From contig CAXXFV010000003.1 of NCBI GenBank assembly GCA_963674595.2, positions 288,001-352,000 on the forward strand: a stretch of 64,000 nucleotides of DNA, read 5' to 3'. The notes under the pieces were generated by a model. That model was not told where the DNA came from. It was given only the letters and a program-made list of their open reading frames with translations, and searched no databases. The position numbers were made by a program, and so were the translations under genes. Positions within the stretch are counted from its first letter, which is position 1; each line of letters begins with the position of its first letter. The DNA is from a bacterium. Lineage in GTDB: Bacteria; Zhuqueibacterota; Zhuqueibacteria; Residuimicrobiales; Krinioviventaceae. Of the stretch, positions 41,156 through 51,978 are shown piece after piece.

Positions 41156-43506
41156 TCAGCTAAATTCCAGCCGAAAACCGATATTAAACACCCTGCCGCC
41201 CATATAGTTAAACACACGTCGATTAAATGAAAAACCATACCCCAAAACATTTACATGATTAAACAAGTTCAGTATCTCTTCACGCATGGAAAGATGAATA
41301 CGATTTGCAAGTTTAAAATTTTGAGAAAAACCAATATCAAAACGGCCATAAGCACTTGTTCTGAATTTGTTTCTTTCTCCTTTGCTTAATTCATATTGAT
41401 TGGCAGTTTCATTAAATTTATAGGACTGCCAGGTATATGGAAAGCCGCTGCCGAACACATATCTTACAAATATTTTAGAATTATTAAATTTTTCCATTTT
41501 ATCTTCCATATAAACCGAAAAAGTATGGCTTCTGTCAGAGGGACGCGGCACATAAACTTCTGTCCCGTTAATTTGTTCACGGGCCTTCAGGTAACTGTAA
41601 CTTATCCAGTTTTCCGTTCCTTTGGTAAAACTTCCATAAATTCGCAAATCTAATCCATAGGCATAGCCTTTTGCATCATTCATCCCGGAGTAATACAGAC
41701 GTACATCTTTAACATCATAGGAAACAAGGTTGGACAACTTTTTAAAATAAGACTCTGCTTTAAAAAACAAATTCTCCCTGAGTTTCAGATTGCTGCCGAC
41801 GGCATACTGGGTTGCCTGTTGAGCATCAAGCTGACCGCTTGAAGAGAACTGTATCTCTTTAAACAATGCCGGTTGTGCATATTTCCCGGATGCCAGATAT
41901 AGCTCCAAATCCGGTTTTGGGTACCAAACAAATTGTATACGCGGCAAATAAAGATGTTCGGCATTACCATTGCAATAGGTATATCGAAGACCGGCAGTGA
42001 TCTTCAATTTTTCATCCATCTTGAAGTGGCCGGAAAGATAATATCCTGTTAACCAGTTTTTAATATCCTGAAAATTGCTATTGTTTGAATAAAGATTATA
42101 ATAAACGTCTCCGGAAGCGGTAAAGGCGTTTTCACGTTCATTAACATGAGATGTGATTGTATATTTTTTCACGTCCATACCGGCATGAAAACTCAAATAC
42201 TTTTTTATCTTCCAGTTGAGTTGTAATTTGGAAAAATAATAACGTGTGTCAATATCATTATTCACATCAGTCTGCCGCAAATAAAGCTCATCATATTCGT
42301 ATGGTGAAGGTTCTTTCATAAAGTCTGATGAATAATATAAATCTTCTGAAATATGTGTGTTTTCCTGTTCTTTCTGTTCATAAACGGAAATAACGGATTC
42401 GAATTCCAGACCGGAAAGAACACGATAACGTGTATTTAAACCGCTGACAAATGTATGATATGAAAACTTTTCATCCCCTGAAAAAACAGACTTGTAAAAA
42501 CCCTCATTAACACGCCAGTATTTCCAGTCACCAGGTTCTGCCTGGTAATCACTTTTTGCATATACCGTCAGCAGCATAAATTTTAACCGGTCATTTGGAA
42601 AATAATGAAACACACTTTGAATGTCCCAAAACCGTGGTGAATAGTGTCCGCTTCTGTTTTCAATATTTTTATGAAATAGCGAATAATCCACACTGCGACC
42701 GGCAGCAACAAATGATGTTTTTTCTCCGGGTTTTAACAGGAGTGAAGCATTATATCCTGTCAGACTCGCTTCAAAATGACTTTCAATGTTTTTAACAGGT
42801 TTGTCAAAATATTCGATATCCAAAACAGATGATAAACGGTCGCCATACGACACAGGAAAGGCGCTGCTGTACAGGTTGATTTTTTTTACAAGGACCGGAT
42901 TGATCAGGGAAGGATTTTCCATCATCCCTTTTCTAACAATATGGGGCTGGTAAATTTCTATACCATTTATATAGATCAAATTTTCATCATAACTACCGCC
43001 CCGGACCTGATAAAAACCGGTTTGATCATTCAGTGACGTAACGCCCGGCAGGGTTTTAAGCGTTTGCAAAACATCCGGGACAGGATTGGCAATGTTTTTT
43101 AATTCCCGGGCCTTTATTTCATTATTTAATATTTTTGGCTGAATGGCCTCGGCTGTTACTGAAATTTCTTTACCGGATAAAACAACAGAATTGAGAAAAA
43201 AATCCATCCGTTTTGACCCAATTTAATTTCAATGCTCTCTTCCAGTTTTTCAAATCCGACATAAGAAATGACAATCGTCTTTTCCCCTGGATCAAGTTTA
43301 ATTATATAATGTCCATTTTCATCTGTTGTTGTTCCCCGTGATGTTCCTTTTATCCAGATATTGGCGCCGATTAAAACCTCTTTGGTTTTGGCACAGCGCA
43401 CCAAACCTTCAAGTGTGCTTTTCTCATTTTCTCGTGAAAACAATAAAGAAGAAAAAACAAACAACCCGATAAAAACAGAATAGAATAACAATGTTCGTTG
43501 ATACAT
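41156..43506 (-). CDS. TonB-dependent receptor with N-terminal carboxypeptidase-regulatory-like domain; frameshifted near 43211-43214
   Basis: ORF 43156-43506 gives signal peptide and LIGANI...SYVGF domain; ORF 41156-43207 gives plug (VRGG..DENL, YGDRLSS) and barrel; one added A joins them. Confidence 0.85.
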
Positions 43507-43600
43507 AAAAATAACCTTTCCGGAATTTCATTTCAAATTCGTATCAACTATCGCTATTCTTTTCTCCTTAAAAATTATTCCAATGATTAATCTACTTGTA

Positions 43601-43625
43601 AACGTTGTTGAAAGGAACAAGTTCC
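43601..43625 (-). promoter_or_regulatory. ECF sigma-type promoter of the second TonB receptor
   Basis: GGAAC-N16-CGTT on minus strand, ~95 bp upstream of ATG 43506. Confidence 0.5.
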
Positions 43626-43650
43626 CAATATTTGCTATGCCCCCATTTTT

Positions 43651-44850
43651 TTAGGCAATATCAGAACAAGTGCCTTTTCTGAGAACGATTAAAGGCGCTT
43701 CCGGCGGGCAGCCCAGACGGAACGGAAACCAGTGTCCCATGCCTGATGACGTGTATAAATAGGAATCGTTTTGATGATATAGTCCCCAAATATATTCGTT
43801 ATCGCCAAACTTTTCAAACAAACTTTTATTATTAAAACCAACCTGACCGCCATGCGTATGACCAGCCAAGGTGAGTGGTATATTATGTTTAACGGCCGCA
43901 TCAAATCCTTTTGGGCGATGACTCAGCAAAACACGAAAGGCATCTTCAGGGGCATTATACATGGCTGTTTGCACGGTCCGTTCCAGAAAATGTGAAATAT
44001 CCGAATGCATAGACACCGGATCACTGGCCCCACCGATGTAAATTTTCGCTCCATTTTTTTCCACAGTTGCTCCTTTTTCCACCAATAACGGAAAAGGGCT
44101 GGTTTGAAAGGTTTTAAAAACCCTTTCAAGACCGCGATAAAACTCGTGATTTCCCAAAGAAGCAAATCCGCCTAACGGTGTTTTTAACTGGTTGATAAGT
44201 TTTAACGTATCGTCCAATTGGTCCAGGTCATCAGCAATATCTCCCGTCACAACAAAAATATCCGGCTTTTGGGCGGACAACGAATCAAGGGTGTTTTCCA
44301 GATCGTTCAGCGTAAAATAATATCCAACGTGTAGATCGCTGAGATGAGCAATGGTAAATCCATCCAGCTCTTCCGGTAAATTCGGATAAAAGACATCAAC
44401 CTTTGGAATTCGTACTTTTTCAAACGAACCGGCAATTCCGGCGCTGGTCGTCCCCAAAGTTACAAGCGGAACAGTTGTAAGTGATAATTTTAAAAATCTT
44501 CGGCGATCCGGATCAACATTTGTATATCGTGACAAATAATTTTTAACATGTTTTACCGCAAAATTGAAAAAATTTACAACCAGCATGGAAAAAACAACCG
44601 ATGCGGATATTAGAAACAAAATTGAACCTGCAGTAACACTTGCAACCTGAAGAAAAGATAATTCATTTAAAAACGCATAAACCCAAACGCCAATCGCAAA
44701 AGCACTTAAAATCGGTAATATATATCCAATTTTTCCGAGTCTCTTTATTTTCCATACCTTGCCGCCAAACTTTTTAGTCAAATAAACTGCCAAAAAGCTG
44801 CTGATAATCAAAACAATAAAACTCACCACAACAGAAAAATAATGTCGCAT
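43651..44850 (-). CDS. Membrane-anchored metallophosphoesterase (YkuE/YaeI-like)
   Basis: SDLH, TGD, GNHE, LSHRP, GHTHGGQ. Confidence 0.9.
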   Translation of the reverse strand: MRHYFSVVVSFIVLIISSFLAVYLTKKFGGKVWKIKRLGKIGYILPILSAFAIGVWVYAFLNELSFLQVASVTAGSILFLISASVVFSMLVVNFFNFAVKHVKNYLSRYTNVDPDRRRFLKLSLTTVPLVTLGTTSAGIAGSFEKVRIPKVDVFYPNLPEELDGFTIAHLSDLHVGYYFTLNDLENTLDSLSAQKPDIFVVTGDIADDLDQLDDTLKLINQLKTPLGGFASLGNHEFYRGLERVFKTFQTSPFPLLVEKGATVEKNGAKIYIGGASDPVSMHSDISHFLERTVQTAMYNAPEDAFRVLLSHRPKGFDAAVKHNIPLTLAGHTHGGQVGFNNKSLFEKFGDNEYIWGLYHQNDSYLYTSSGMGHWFPFRLGCPPEAPLIVLRKGTCSDIA

Positions 44851-44904
44851 TCCCTGTCATTCCTCAATGTTAAATCCAACAAAAAAACAAATGGCCATAG
44901 TGAA

Positions 44905-45291
44905 TCAGCTTTCCTTAACCTCATACTTGGAAGGACACTTTAAAAAGATTTTATTAGCCTGGAGAGTTCCGGAACTATCAATAGTTCCTTCGGCAACAAC
45001 CTGCTGTGCATCAGCAAGTTGGTCCGGCATAATCCCCTTGTAAAAAATATTCAGAGTATCCTGCTGTTCTGCCATACTAAAATGGAGTTCAACGGTATCG
45101 GCATCCCACTGAATGGATTCAGGCACAACATGCCCGCTAATACGTACACCCTGCCCAATCGGTAAATTTTCTTTCGAATAAAGTTCAGGTACAGTCATAT
45201 AATACACAGCAGATTCTTTAACACCATCAAAAATTAGATAAACCAAAGCCAAAACAATAATAATAACGCCAATAATAATTTTTGGTTTCAT
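44905..45291 (-). CDS. ccmE: Cytochrome c maturation heme chaperone CcmE (CxxxY type)
   Basis: N-terminal TM, YYMTV, Y.GIMPD, VVAEG, KCPSKY. Confidence 0.85.
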   Translation of the reverse strand: MKPKIIIGVIIIVLALVYLIFDGVKESAVYYMTVPELYSKENLPIGQGVRISGHVVPESIQWDADTVELHFSMAEQQDTLNIFYKGIMPDQLADAQQVVAEGTIDSSGTLQANKIFLKCPSKYEVKES

Positions 45292-45374
45292 TTAAACTCC
45301 ATATCAGGAATAATTAATTAGAATAATCACAAAAACAGTAAAAATATTCCCGTTTTAGTAAATTATTAGCTAAC

Positions 45375-45403
45375 AAGTTAAAAAATCCTGATATGCATGT
45401 CAA
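45375..45403 (-). promoter_or_regulatory. Putative sigma70 promoter of ccmE
   Basis: TTGACA-N17-TAACTT. Confidence 0.5.
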
Positions 45404-45521
45404 GCAAACATTTCGTATAACACGACAACTGTCTTGTCTAACGGCAGTTGGTAAATAATTGAATTTTCTGTTGCATGGAGTATTGAATTTTTGTATTCTT
45501 GTATAATTTACAGGAGTATAT

Positions 45522-45794
45522 ATGAAATCATTACTTTTTAAATTTTCACTGCTGGCGTTTTTTGTTTTTGCCGTAACGGTTTTGGCAGGCAAACATTTGA
45601 ATCCGGTTTATGAATTATTCGGCAATGTTAATGAAATACGTTCCATCGTTACCTCCGGTTCACTGGTAGCCGGCATTGCTGCAATAGGACTCATCATTGT
45701 CCGAACCATACTCGGAATTATAGCTATTATCATTTTAGCGCTGGCTATTTATTTTGTCCTAAAATTTGGCTTGTTACAACACTTTTTCAAGTAA
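45522..45794 (+). CDS. Small hypothetical membrane protein
   Basis: AGGAG RBS; 90 aa with about three hydrophobic segments. Confidence 0.7.
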   Translation: MKSLLFKFSLLAFFVFAVTVLAGKHLNPVYELFGNVNEIRSIVTSGSLVAGIAAIGLIIVRTILGIIAIIILALAIYFVLKFGLLQHFFK

Positions 45795-45829
45795 ATAAAC
45801 AATATATTTTCCATAAAGGAGAAACACCT

Positions 45830-46840
45830 ATGGTCCGCTTTGCTGTGGTCGGATTCGGAATGATTGGTGCTGTTCATGCACAAACCATAAAAAAAAATAA
45901 AAATGCAAAACTCGTCGCAATTGTGGAAAACGATCCCAAAAAACTGGATTCCGTTGTTAAAGGAAATATCGACACAGGTCAGGATGACAATGTTCTTGCC
46001 GGTGTACAGACATTTGGTTCCATTGACGAGATGTTAGCCCAAACCGACGTGGACTGCGTCAGTGTTTGTTTGCCGACATATATTCATCGTGAATTTGCTG
46101 TAAAAGCGCTTCAAGCGGGCAAACGTGTTGTGTGTGAAAAACCAATGGCTCTGAGCATCGAGGATTGTGACGCGATGATTAAAGCAGCAAAAGAAACCAA
46201 TAAAAAACTGTTCATTGCACAGTGCATTCGATTTTGGCCCGAATATACAATTTTAAAAAAATACATTGATTCTAAAGAACTGGGGAATCCAACATCCATT
46301 GTGCTGCGGCGAATAAGCGGATCACCATTTTGGGCCGGACCTCAGAGTTGGTTTGCCAACCCGCAAAAAAGCGGCGGTTGTTTGTTTGATTTGCATGTGC
46401 ACGATCTTGATTTTATACAATACCTGTTCGGTCGCCCAAAAGCTGTTTATGCCCAGGGCATTACAGGAAAAAGCGGCGGTAATGAGTCTGTTATCGCACA
46501 GTATCACTTTAAAGACAACCTGATTTGTATGGCTGAAGGAAGCTGGGCCTATCCGGCCGGATTTAAAATGTCCTATACCGCGCTCTTTGAAAAAGGCAAA
46601 CTGGAATTTGACAGTTCAGCCTCACCAACCCTGACATTACAACACATGGGAAAAGAAGAAACACAGCCGATTCCGGTACCGCAAGGTGACGGTTATCAGA
46701 ATGAATATGAATATTTTATAAACTGTATTATAAATGATCAAACACCGGTTGAAATTTTACCGGAAAGCGCCAGACAAAGTATTGAAATAGCCCTGGCGGA
46801 AAAACAATCCATAGAACAAAACGACCTGATACAATTTTGA
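45830..46840 (+). CDS. Gfo/Idh/MocA-family oxidoreductase
   Basis: GFGMIG, CEKPMA, SGG.LFDLHVHD. Confidence 0.92.
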   Translation: MVRFAVVGFGMIGAVHAQTIKKNKNAKLVAIVENDPKKLDSVVKGNIDTGQDDNVLAGVQTFGSIDEMLAQTDVDCVSVCLPTYIHREFAVKALQAGKRVVCEKPMALSIEDCDAMIKAAKETNKKLFIAQCIRFWPEYTILKKYIDSKELGNPTSIVLRRISGSPFWAGPQSWFANPQKSGGCLFDLHVHDLDFIQYLFGRPKAVYAQGITGKSGGNESVIAQYHFKDNLICMAEGSWAYPAGFKMSYTALFEKGKLEFDSSASPTLTLQHMGKEETQPIPVPQGDGYQNEYEYFINCIINDQTPVEILPESARQSIEIALAEKQSIEQNDLIQF

Positions 46841-46861
46841 TTTATAAATAAAACCGTTTAC

Positions 46862-47524
46862 ATGCAAACTGGCTATCAAATTATTCCACAGGTTTCCGTC
46901 ATACTGCCGGTATTTAACCGGAAGCATTTAATCATGCGGGCCATACAATCCGTAGAGGCACAAACTTTTACGGATTGGGAATTGTTGATTATTGATGACG
47001 GCAGCACCGACGGCCTGGAAGAAATGATCATCAACAAAATCCATGAAAAAAAAAGATGGCGATATATGAAGCATGCACAACGGCGTTTAGCGGCAACACG
47101 CAACATCGGCATTCATGCGGCCCTGGGTGAATTTATAACATTTCTGGATTCAGATGATGAATATAAACCAAACCACCTGGCCCTTCGTATGGAATATTTT
47201 AAAACACATCCGCAGGTTGATATTATACATGGCGGTGTCGAATTGGTTGGGCCGGAAGAGACCCACTATGTTCAGGACGTTGATAATCCGGCCAAAAAGA
47301 TCCATATTTCAGAATGTTGTGTCGGGGCCACTTTTTTGGGAAAAAAACAGGCTTTTATTAAAAGCGGCGGATTTAAAATTCTCCCCTATTCAGCCGAATC
47401 GGAATTATTGCCCAGACTGGAAAAACAGTTTCATGTTGAAAAAGTTGATTTTCCGACCTATCGTTATTATACCGGTCTGGAAGACAGTATTTGTTCACAA
47501 ATAAAACAGAAAAATACAATATGA
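46862..47524 (+). CDS. Glycosyltransferase family 2
   Basis: VSVILPVFNR, IIDDGSTD, RNIGI, FLDSDD. Confidence 0.9.
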   Translation: MQTGYQIIPQVSVILPVFNRKHLIMRAIQSVEAQTFTDWELLIIDDGSTDGLEEMIINKIHEKKRWRYMKHAQRRLAATRNIGIHAALGEFITFLDSDDEYKPNHLALRMEYFKTHPQVDIIHGGVELVGPEETHYVQDVDNPAKKIHISECCVGATFLGKKQAFIKSGGFKILPYSAESELLPRLEKQFHVEKVDFPTYRYYTGLEDSICSQIKQKNTI

Positions 47525-48696
47525 AAGATACATTTTCTCAAAACATTTACCGTCCTTCCTGGATAGAAATAGATCTGGATGCCATCGCTCATAATACAAA
47601 AGCAGTCAAGAATTATTTAAAGGACAAAAAGTTACTAGCTGTTGTTAAAGCGAATGCCTACGGTCATGGTGTCTATCCGACTGCTTCCGTCATATATGAA
47701 AACGGCGCCGATTATCTTGGCGTGGTTATGCTGGATGAAGCGATTGAATGCCGGCAGTCCGGCATTGAAGCGCCGATTTTGAATTTGGGCGGTATTCTCC
47801 CGGAACAGGCTGAAATAGTTGTGCACTATAATCTGCAACAGATGGTTTATGAATTCGAAACAGCAAAAGCACTTTCAGAGGCGGCAGGATCACTACAAAA
47901 AACCGTGACAATTCATTTTAAGGTTGATACCGGAATGAGCCGCTACGGTGTCCGTTATGATCAGGCCGTTGAACGGCTGGTGCAAATATCATCCCTGCCG
48001 AATCTAGAAGTTAAAGGCATCATGACGCATTTCCCCATGTCCGACGCACTGGATAAAAGTTTTGCGCTTTTACAAATTGATAGAATGAACCACATCAAAA
48101 AATTGCTGGACCAAAAAGGGATTAAAATTCCACTTTGGCATGCCTGCAACAGCGGCGGTATCCTTGACCTTCCTGATGCACACTATAACCTGGTGCGGTC
48201 CGGACTTTTGCTATACGGTTATTTTCCTTCATCTCATGTCAACCGTCCTTTTGAACTCAAACCGGCCATGAGTTTAAAATCCAAAATTATTGCTGTCAGA
48301 GATATTTACCGAGGAGATACAGTCGGCTACGGACGAAGGTTTATGGCAGAGAAAAATGAACGTATTGCGGTGTTGCCGATTGGTTATGCCGACGGCTACA
48401 GCCGGAAACTCGGCGGCATCGGTAATGTGCTTATTAACGGCAAGAGCGTGTCAATTGTCGGCGGTCTTTGTATGGATGCGGCATTTATCAAAATCACGGA
48501 TTTCCCGGACATAAAAGTTGGCGACACGGCCATTTTAATGGGTAAAGACGGCGAGCAATGCATATCTCCGCACGATATTGCCGAAAAAATGGGCTCAGTT
48601 TCCTATGATGTTATTTCAAATTTCAGCAAAAGACTGCCGCTCGTTTATTTACAGAACAATAAAATTATTCATATTCGAAATAATCTTGTTTCATAA
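47521..48696 (+). CDS. alr: Alanine racemase
   Basis: AVVKANAYGHG, KVDTGMSRYG, NSGG, VGYG, IGYADGY, CMD. Confidence 0.96.
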   Translation: MKDTFSQNIYRPSWIEIDLDAIAHNTKAVKNYLKDKKLLAVVKANAYGHGVYPTASVIYENGADYLGVVMLDEAIECRQSGIEAPILNLGGILPEQAEIVVHYNLQQMVYEFETAKALSEAAGSLQKTVTIHFKVDTGMSRYGVRYDQAVERLVQISSLPNLEVKGIMTHFPMSDALDKSFALLQIDRMNHIKKLLDQKGIKIPLWHACNSGGILDLPDAHYNLVRSGLLLYGYFPSSHVNRPFELKPAMSLKSKIIAVRDIYRGDTVGYGRRFMAEKNERIAVLPIGYADGYSRKLGGIGNVLINGKSVSIVGGLCMDAAFIKITDFPDIKVGDTAILMGKDGEQCISPHDIAEKMGSVSYDVISNFSKRLPLVYLQNNKIIHIRNNLVS

Positions 48697-48761
48697 AAAA
48701 CCGAAACATTTTCCCCAAAGCTTGGTATTATTAGGAGAGCTTGAGAAAATCCGGAGGAAAA

Positions 48762-49871
48762 ATGAAAAAAATAAAACGAGTTGGAATTCTTACAGGCGGT
48801 GGTGATTGTCCCGGTTTAAACGCAGTTATTCGCGCTGTCAGCAAATCGCTGATTAACAACTGTGGTATTGAAGTTATTGGTATTGAAGACGGTTTTTTGG
48901 GGCTTATTGAAAAGAACATGCACAAACTGGGCTGGAATGATGTTTCCGGTATTTTGCAGCGGGGCGGCACAATTTTAGGAACGTCCAACAAGGCAAATCC
49001 CTTTCACCATCCATTTAAAGTAAATGGCGAAACACAATTTGTTGATTATTCCGATCAAACCATACAGAATATTAATGATATGGGCATAGACGCACTTGTT
49101 TGTATTGGCGGAGACGGCACCATGACCATTGCCAATCAATTAATTGAAAAGGGACTGAAAATCGTTGGTGTGCCCAAGACCATAGACAATGATCTCTATG
49201 GAACAGACTTTACATTTGGTTATGATACAGCCGTATCCATTGCGGCGGAAGCAATAGACAGAATTCATACAACAGCTTCTTCACATCATCGTGTTATGAT
49301 TGTAGAAGTTATGGGAAGATACGCCGGCTGGCTGACATTGGGCGCCGGTTTGGCAAGCGGTGCAGACATCATTCTTATTCCCGAAATTGAATATGATCTT
49401 GATATGATTTGCCAAAAAGTGCTGGAGCGCAGCAAAAAAGGACGGCGGTTCAGTATTATTGCCGTTGCCGAAGGTGCAAAACCTGAAGACGGAGAATTGA
49501 CAGTCAGCCGGGTAATTGAAGACAGCCCGGACCAGCTCAGGTTGGGAGGCATCAGTATTAAACTCGGTAATCAAATTGAAGACAAAACAGGGCTGGAAAC
49601 CAGGGCCACGGTTTTGGGGCATTTACAACGAGGCGGCACACCCACCGCTTTTGACAGAATACTTGCAACGAGATATGGCGTGGCAGCAGCACAACTGGTG
49701 GCAACCAATAAATTCGACAGAATGGTAGCCCTTCAGGGAAATGAAATTACATCCGTGCCGATTAAAGACATCGGCGGAAAAACACGAACCGTACCGCTCG
49801 ATTCCCCTCTTATCTGGGTTGCGGAATCTGTTGGTGTCAGTCTCGGTAACAACACCCAAACTTTGGAATAA
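48762..49871 (+). CDS. pfkA: 6-phosphofructokinase (group III, G104/K124 type)
   Basis: TGGGDCPGLN, GGDGT, PKTIDND, EVMGR, LGHLQRGG. Confidence 0.93.
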   Translation: MKKIKRVGILTGGGDCPGLNAVIRAVSKSLINNCGIEVIGIEDGFLGLIEKNMHKLGWNDVSGILQRGGTILGTSNKANPFHHPFKVNGETQFVDYSDQTIQNINDMGIDALVCIGGDGTMTIANQLIEKGLKIVGVPKTIDNDLYGTDFTFGYDTAVSIAAEAIDRIHTTASSHHRVMIVEVMGRYAGWLTLGAGLASGADIILIPEIEYDLDMICQKVLERSKKGRRFSIIAVAEGAKPEDGELTVSRVIEDSPDQLRLGGISIKLGNQIEDKTGLETRATVLGHLQRGGTPTAFDRILATRYGVAAAQLVATNKFDRMVALQGNEITSVPIKDIGGKTRTVPLDSPLIWVAESVGVSLGNNTQTLE

Positions 49872-49880
49872 ATTTTCTAT

Positions 49881-49919
49881 TAAAGCGGATTGTTTCTTAC
49901 ACCTTCCGCTTTATTTTTT
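49881..49919 (+). terminator. Intrinsic terminator after pfkA
   Basis: taaagcgga/tccgcttta with T tail. Confidence 0.55.
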
Positions 49920-49969
49920 CTCATTTTAAACAAACCCTGACCGTATTTTACCAGGTATCGGCAAATTTT

Positions 49970-50287
49970 TTAATCAATAAATATTGCACCAGCAAAACCG
50001 ATCCCGGCGCCAAGTATTAACGAAAACACAATCATGGGAACGATTGCTTTTTTGTCTTTCGGATAAACGATGATCATAACCGGAACAGCCGTCATCAATG
50101 AAATAAAAATACCGGAAACCCATAAGGGAATGCCCCAATTTACAAAAGGGATTATCAAACCAAGCACAAAATAATGCATAAAAGCAGAAACACAGGCCGA
50201 ACGGTCTAATTTTTGAACAATCATAGGAACGGCATCGATCAATCCGGCGACAATCCCTATGATTACGGCTATAAAAAAATTATTCAT
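49970..50287 (-). CDS. Small hypothetical membrane protein
   Basis: 105 aa, about four TM segments, GLID..PM. Confidence 0.7.
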   Translation of the reverse strand: MNNFFIAVIIGIVAGLIDAVPMIVQKLDRSACVSAFMHYFVLGLIIPFVNWGIPLWVSGIFISLMTAVPVMIIVYPKDKKAIVPMIVFSLILGAGIGFAGAIFID

Positions 50288-50322
50288 CGAAATAATATTT
50301 TTCCTTTTAATTGAGTCAATTT

Positions 50323-51785
50323 TTATTCTTTATAAGCTTTCAGAATTTTACTGATAATATTGCTCGTTGACATACCATCGATGCCGGCCAAAAGCGCAAT
50401 TTCACCGCCATAGCCTTCCACCAGTTTTCTTTCTTTCTGATTAAGCGAATCAAGTGTATAATCGCCGCCTTTGGCAAAAATATCGGGCTCAATCAGTTCG
50501 ATCAATTTCATCGGACTCGGTTCGTCAAAAATAACAACATAATCCACACATGTCATAGCAGATAATAGTTTTGCCCGCTGGCTTTCCTGAACAATCGGTC
50601 TCAACGGCCCTTTAAATGCCCGCACCGAAGCATCACTGTTTAATCCTACAACCATAACATCACCCAATGATCTGGCCTTTTCCAGATATAATATATGACC
50701 CACATGCATAATATCATAGCAACCGTTTGTCCAAACAACTTTTTTTCCGGCGGCCTTTAATCGGGTTGTAATTGTTTTAATTGTGCCGGTGTAACCAGTT
50801 TTTCTGCCAAAACTTCCACATCCAACTGTTTTTCCTGCTCAATAACATCCTGAACAGTAACGGAAACAAGTCCCGGACGCGACACAGCAACACCGGCCGT
50901 TGTATTTGTAAACCTGGCAATTTCCTGCGCATCGATTTGGGCCAATAAACCGGCTGTCACAGAAGCAACTACGGTTTCTCCGGCCCCGGTAACATCAAAA
51001 ATTTTAAATGTTCGAGTTGGAACGTGATAGTAATTTTCGGTTTGAAAAACATAAATACCTTCAGACCCGCACGTTAAAAACACATGATCACACTTTAATT
51101 TTTTTTGCAGCGTTTTTCCCAGCTTTTCGATGTTATCCTCATCCTGCTCGACAACCGTTCTGCTTTCCTGCTCGTTTGGTGTCACGGCTGTAAATCCGGC
51201 AAACAAACCAAGTTGTTTTTCAGAATCTCCGATACAGATCTTGCCGTCAAAAAAAGATTTCACAGCCTGAATAAATTCTTTATGGATAAAACATTCCGTT
51301 TTATCCATTACAACAAGTGCGTCCATTTTTGCAGAATGTTTTTTAATTTTCGATAATATCTTTTCCTGCAAAATTTGGGGAATGTTTTGGTTTCCGGGGG
51401 TGTCAATTCTTAAAATATCATGATCAGGGTAATGTGCACCTTTTACTGAAATCCGTGTTTGACAATTGGTAAAAACTGATTTATCCTGCATAATTATATC
51501 GGTATTAATCCCCTGTTTCGAAATTTGCCGTAACAGTTCATGTCCGTTTGCATCATCACCAACAAATCCTGCGAGCACCACATGGCAGCCGAAATTTTTA
51601 AGCAAAACCGCCACATGTGCCGCACCGCCGGGTTCCTGTGAACGCTGTTTACTGTGCACAATAGGTATAGGACTTTCTTCAGAAAGCGAATACATGGAAC
51701 CGCGTATATTTTCATTCATAAAAATATCACCAACCACCATCACATTTTTATCTTTTATCTTTTCAAAAACAGACATGTCATTCAT
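50323..51785 (-). CDS. hldE: HldE/RfaE-like bifunctional protein (PfkB-type kinase plus heptose-1-P adenylyltransferase); frameshifted near 50775-50778
   Basis: VVGD, PGGAAHVA, TPNE, DVTGAGET; one added A continues as KKVVWTNGCYDIMHVGH...GLNSDAS...KGGDY...STS. Confidence 0.8.
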
Positions 51786-51978
51786 TTTTAATCCTGTATG
51801 TATTTTAAATTTATGTTTAAAATTTTAAATTAACACTTTCTTTTAAAATATCAACATCTATTTCAGCAAACATCAAAGCACAACTCTCATGTTATTGAAA
51901 TTATAAACATTAACATTGTATTCAACCAACTGATTTCGTATATTCAACACACCAAAATTATGATACGGAGAGAAAAAC

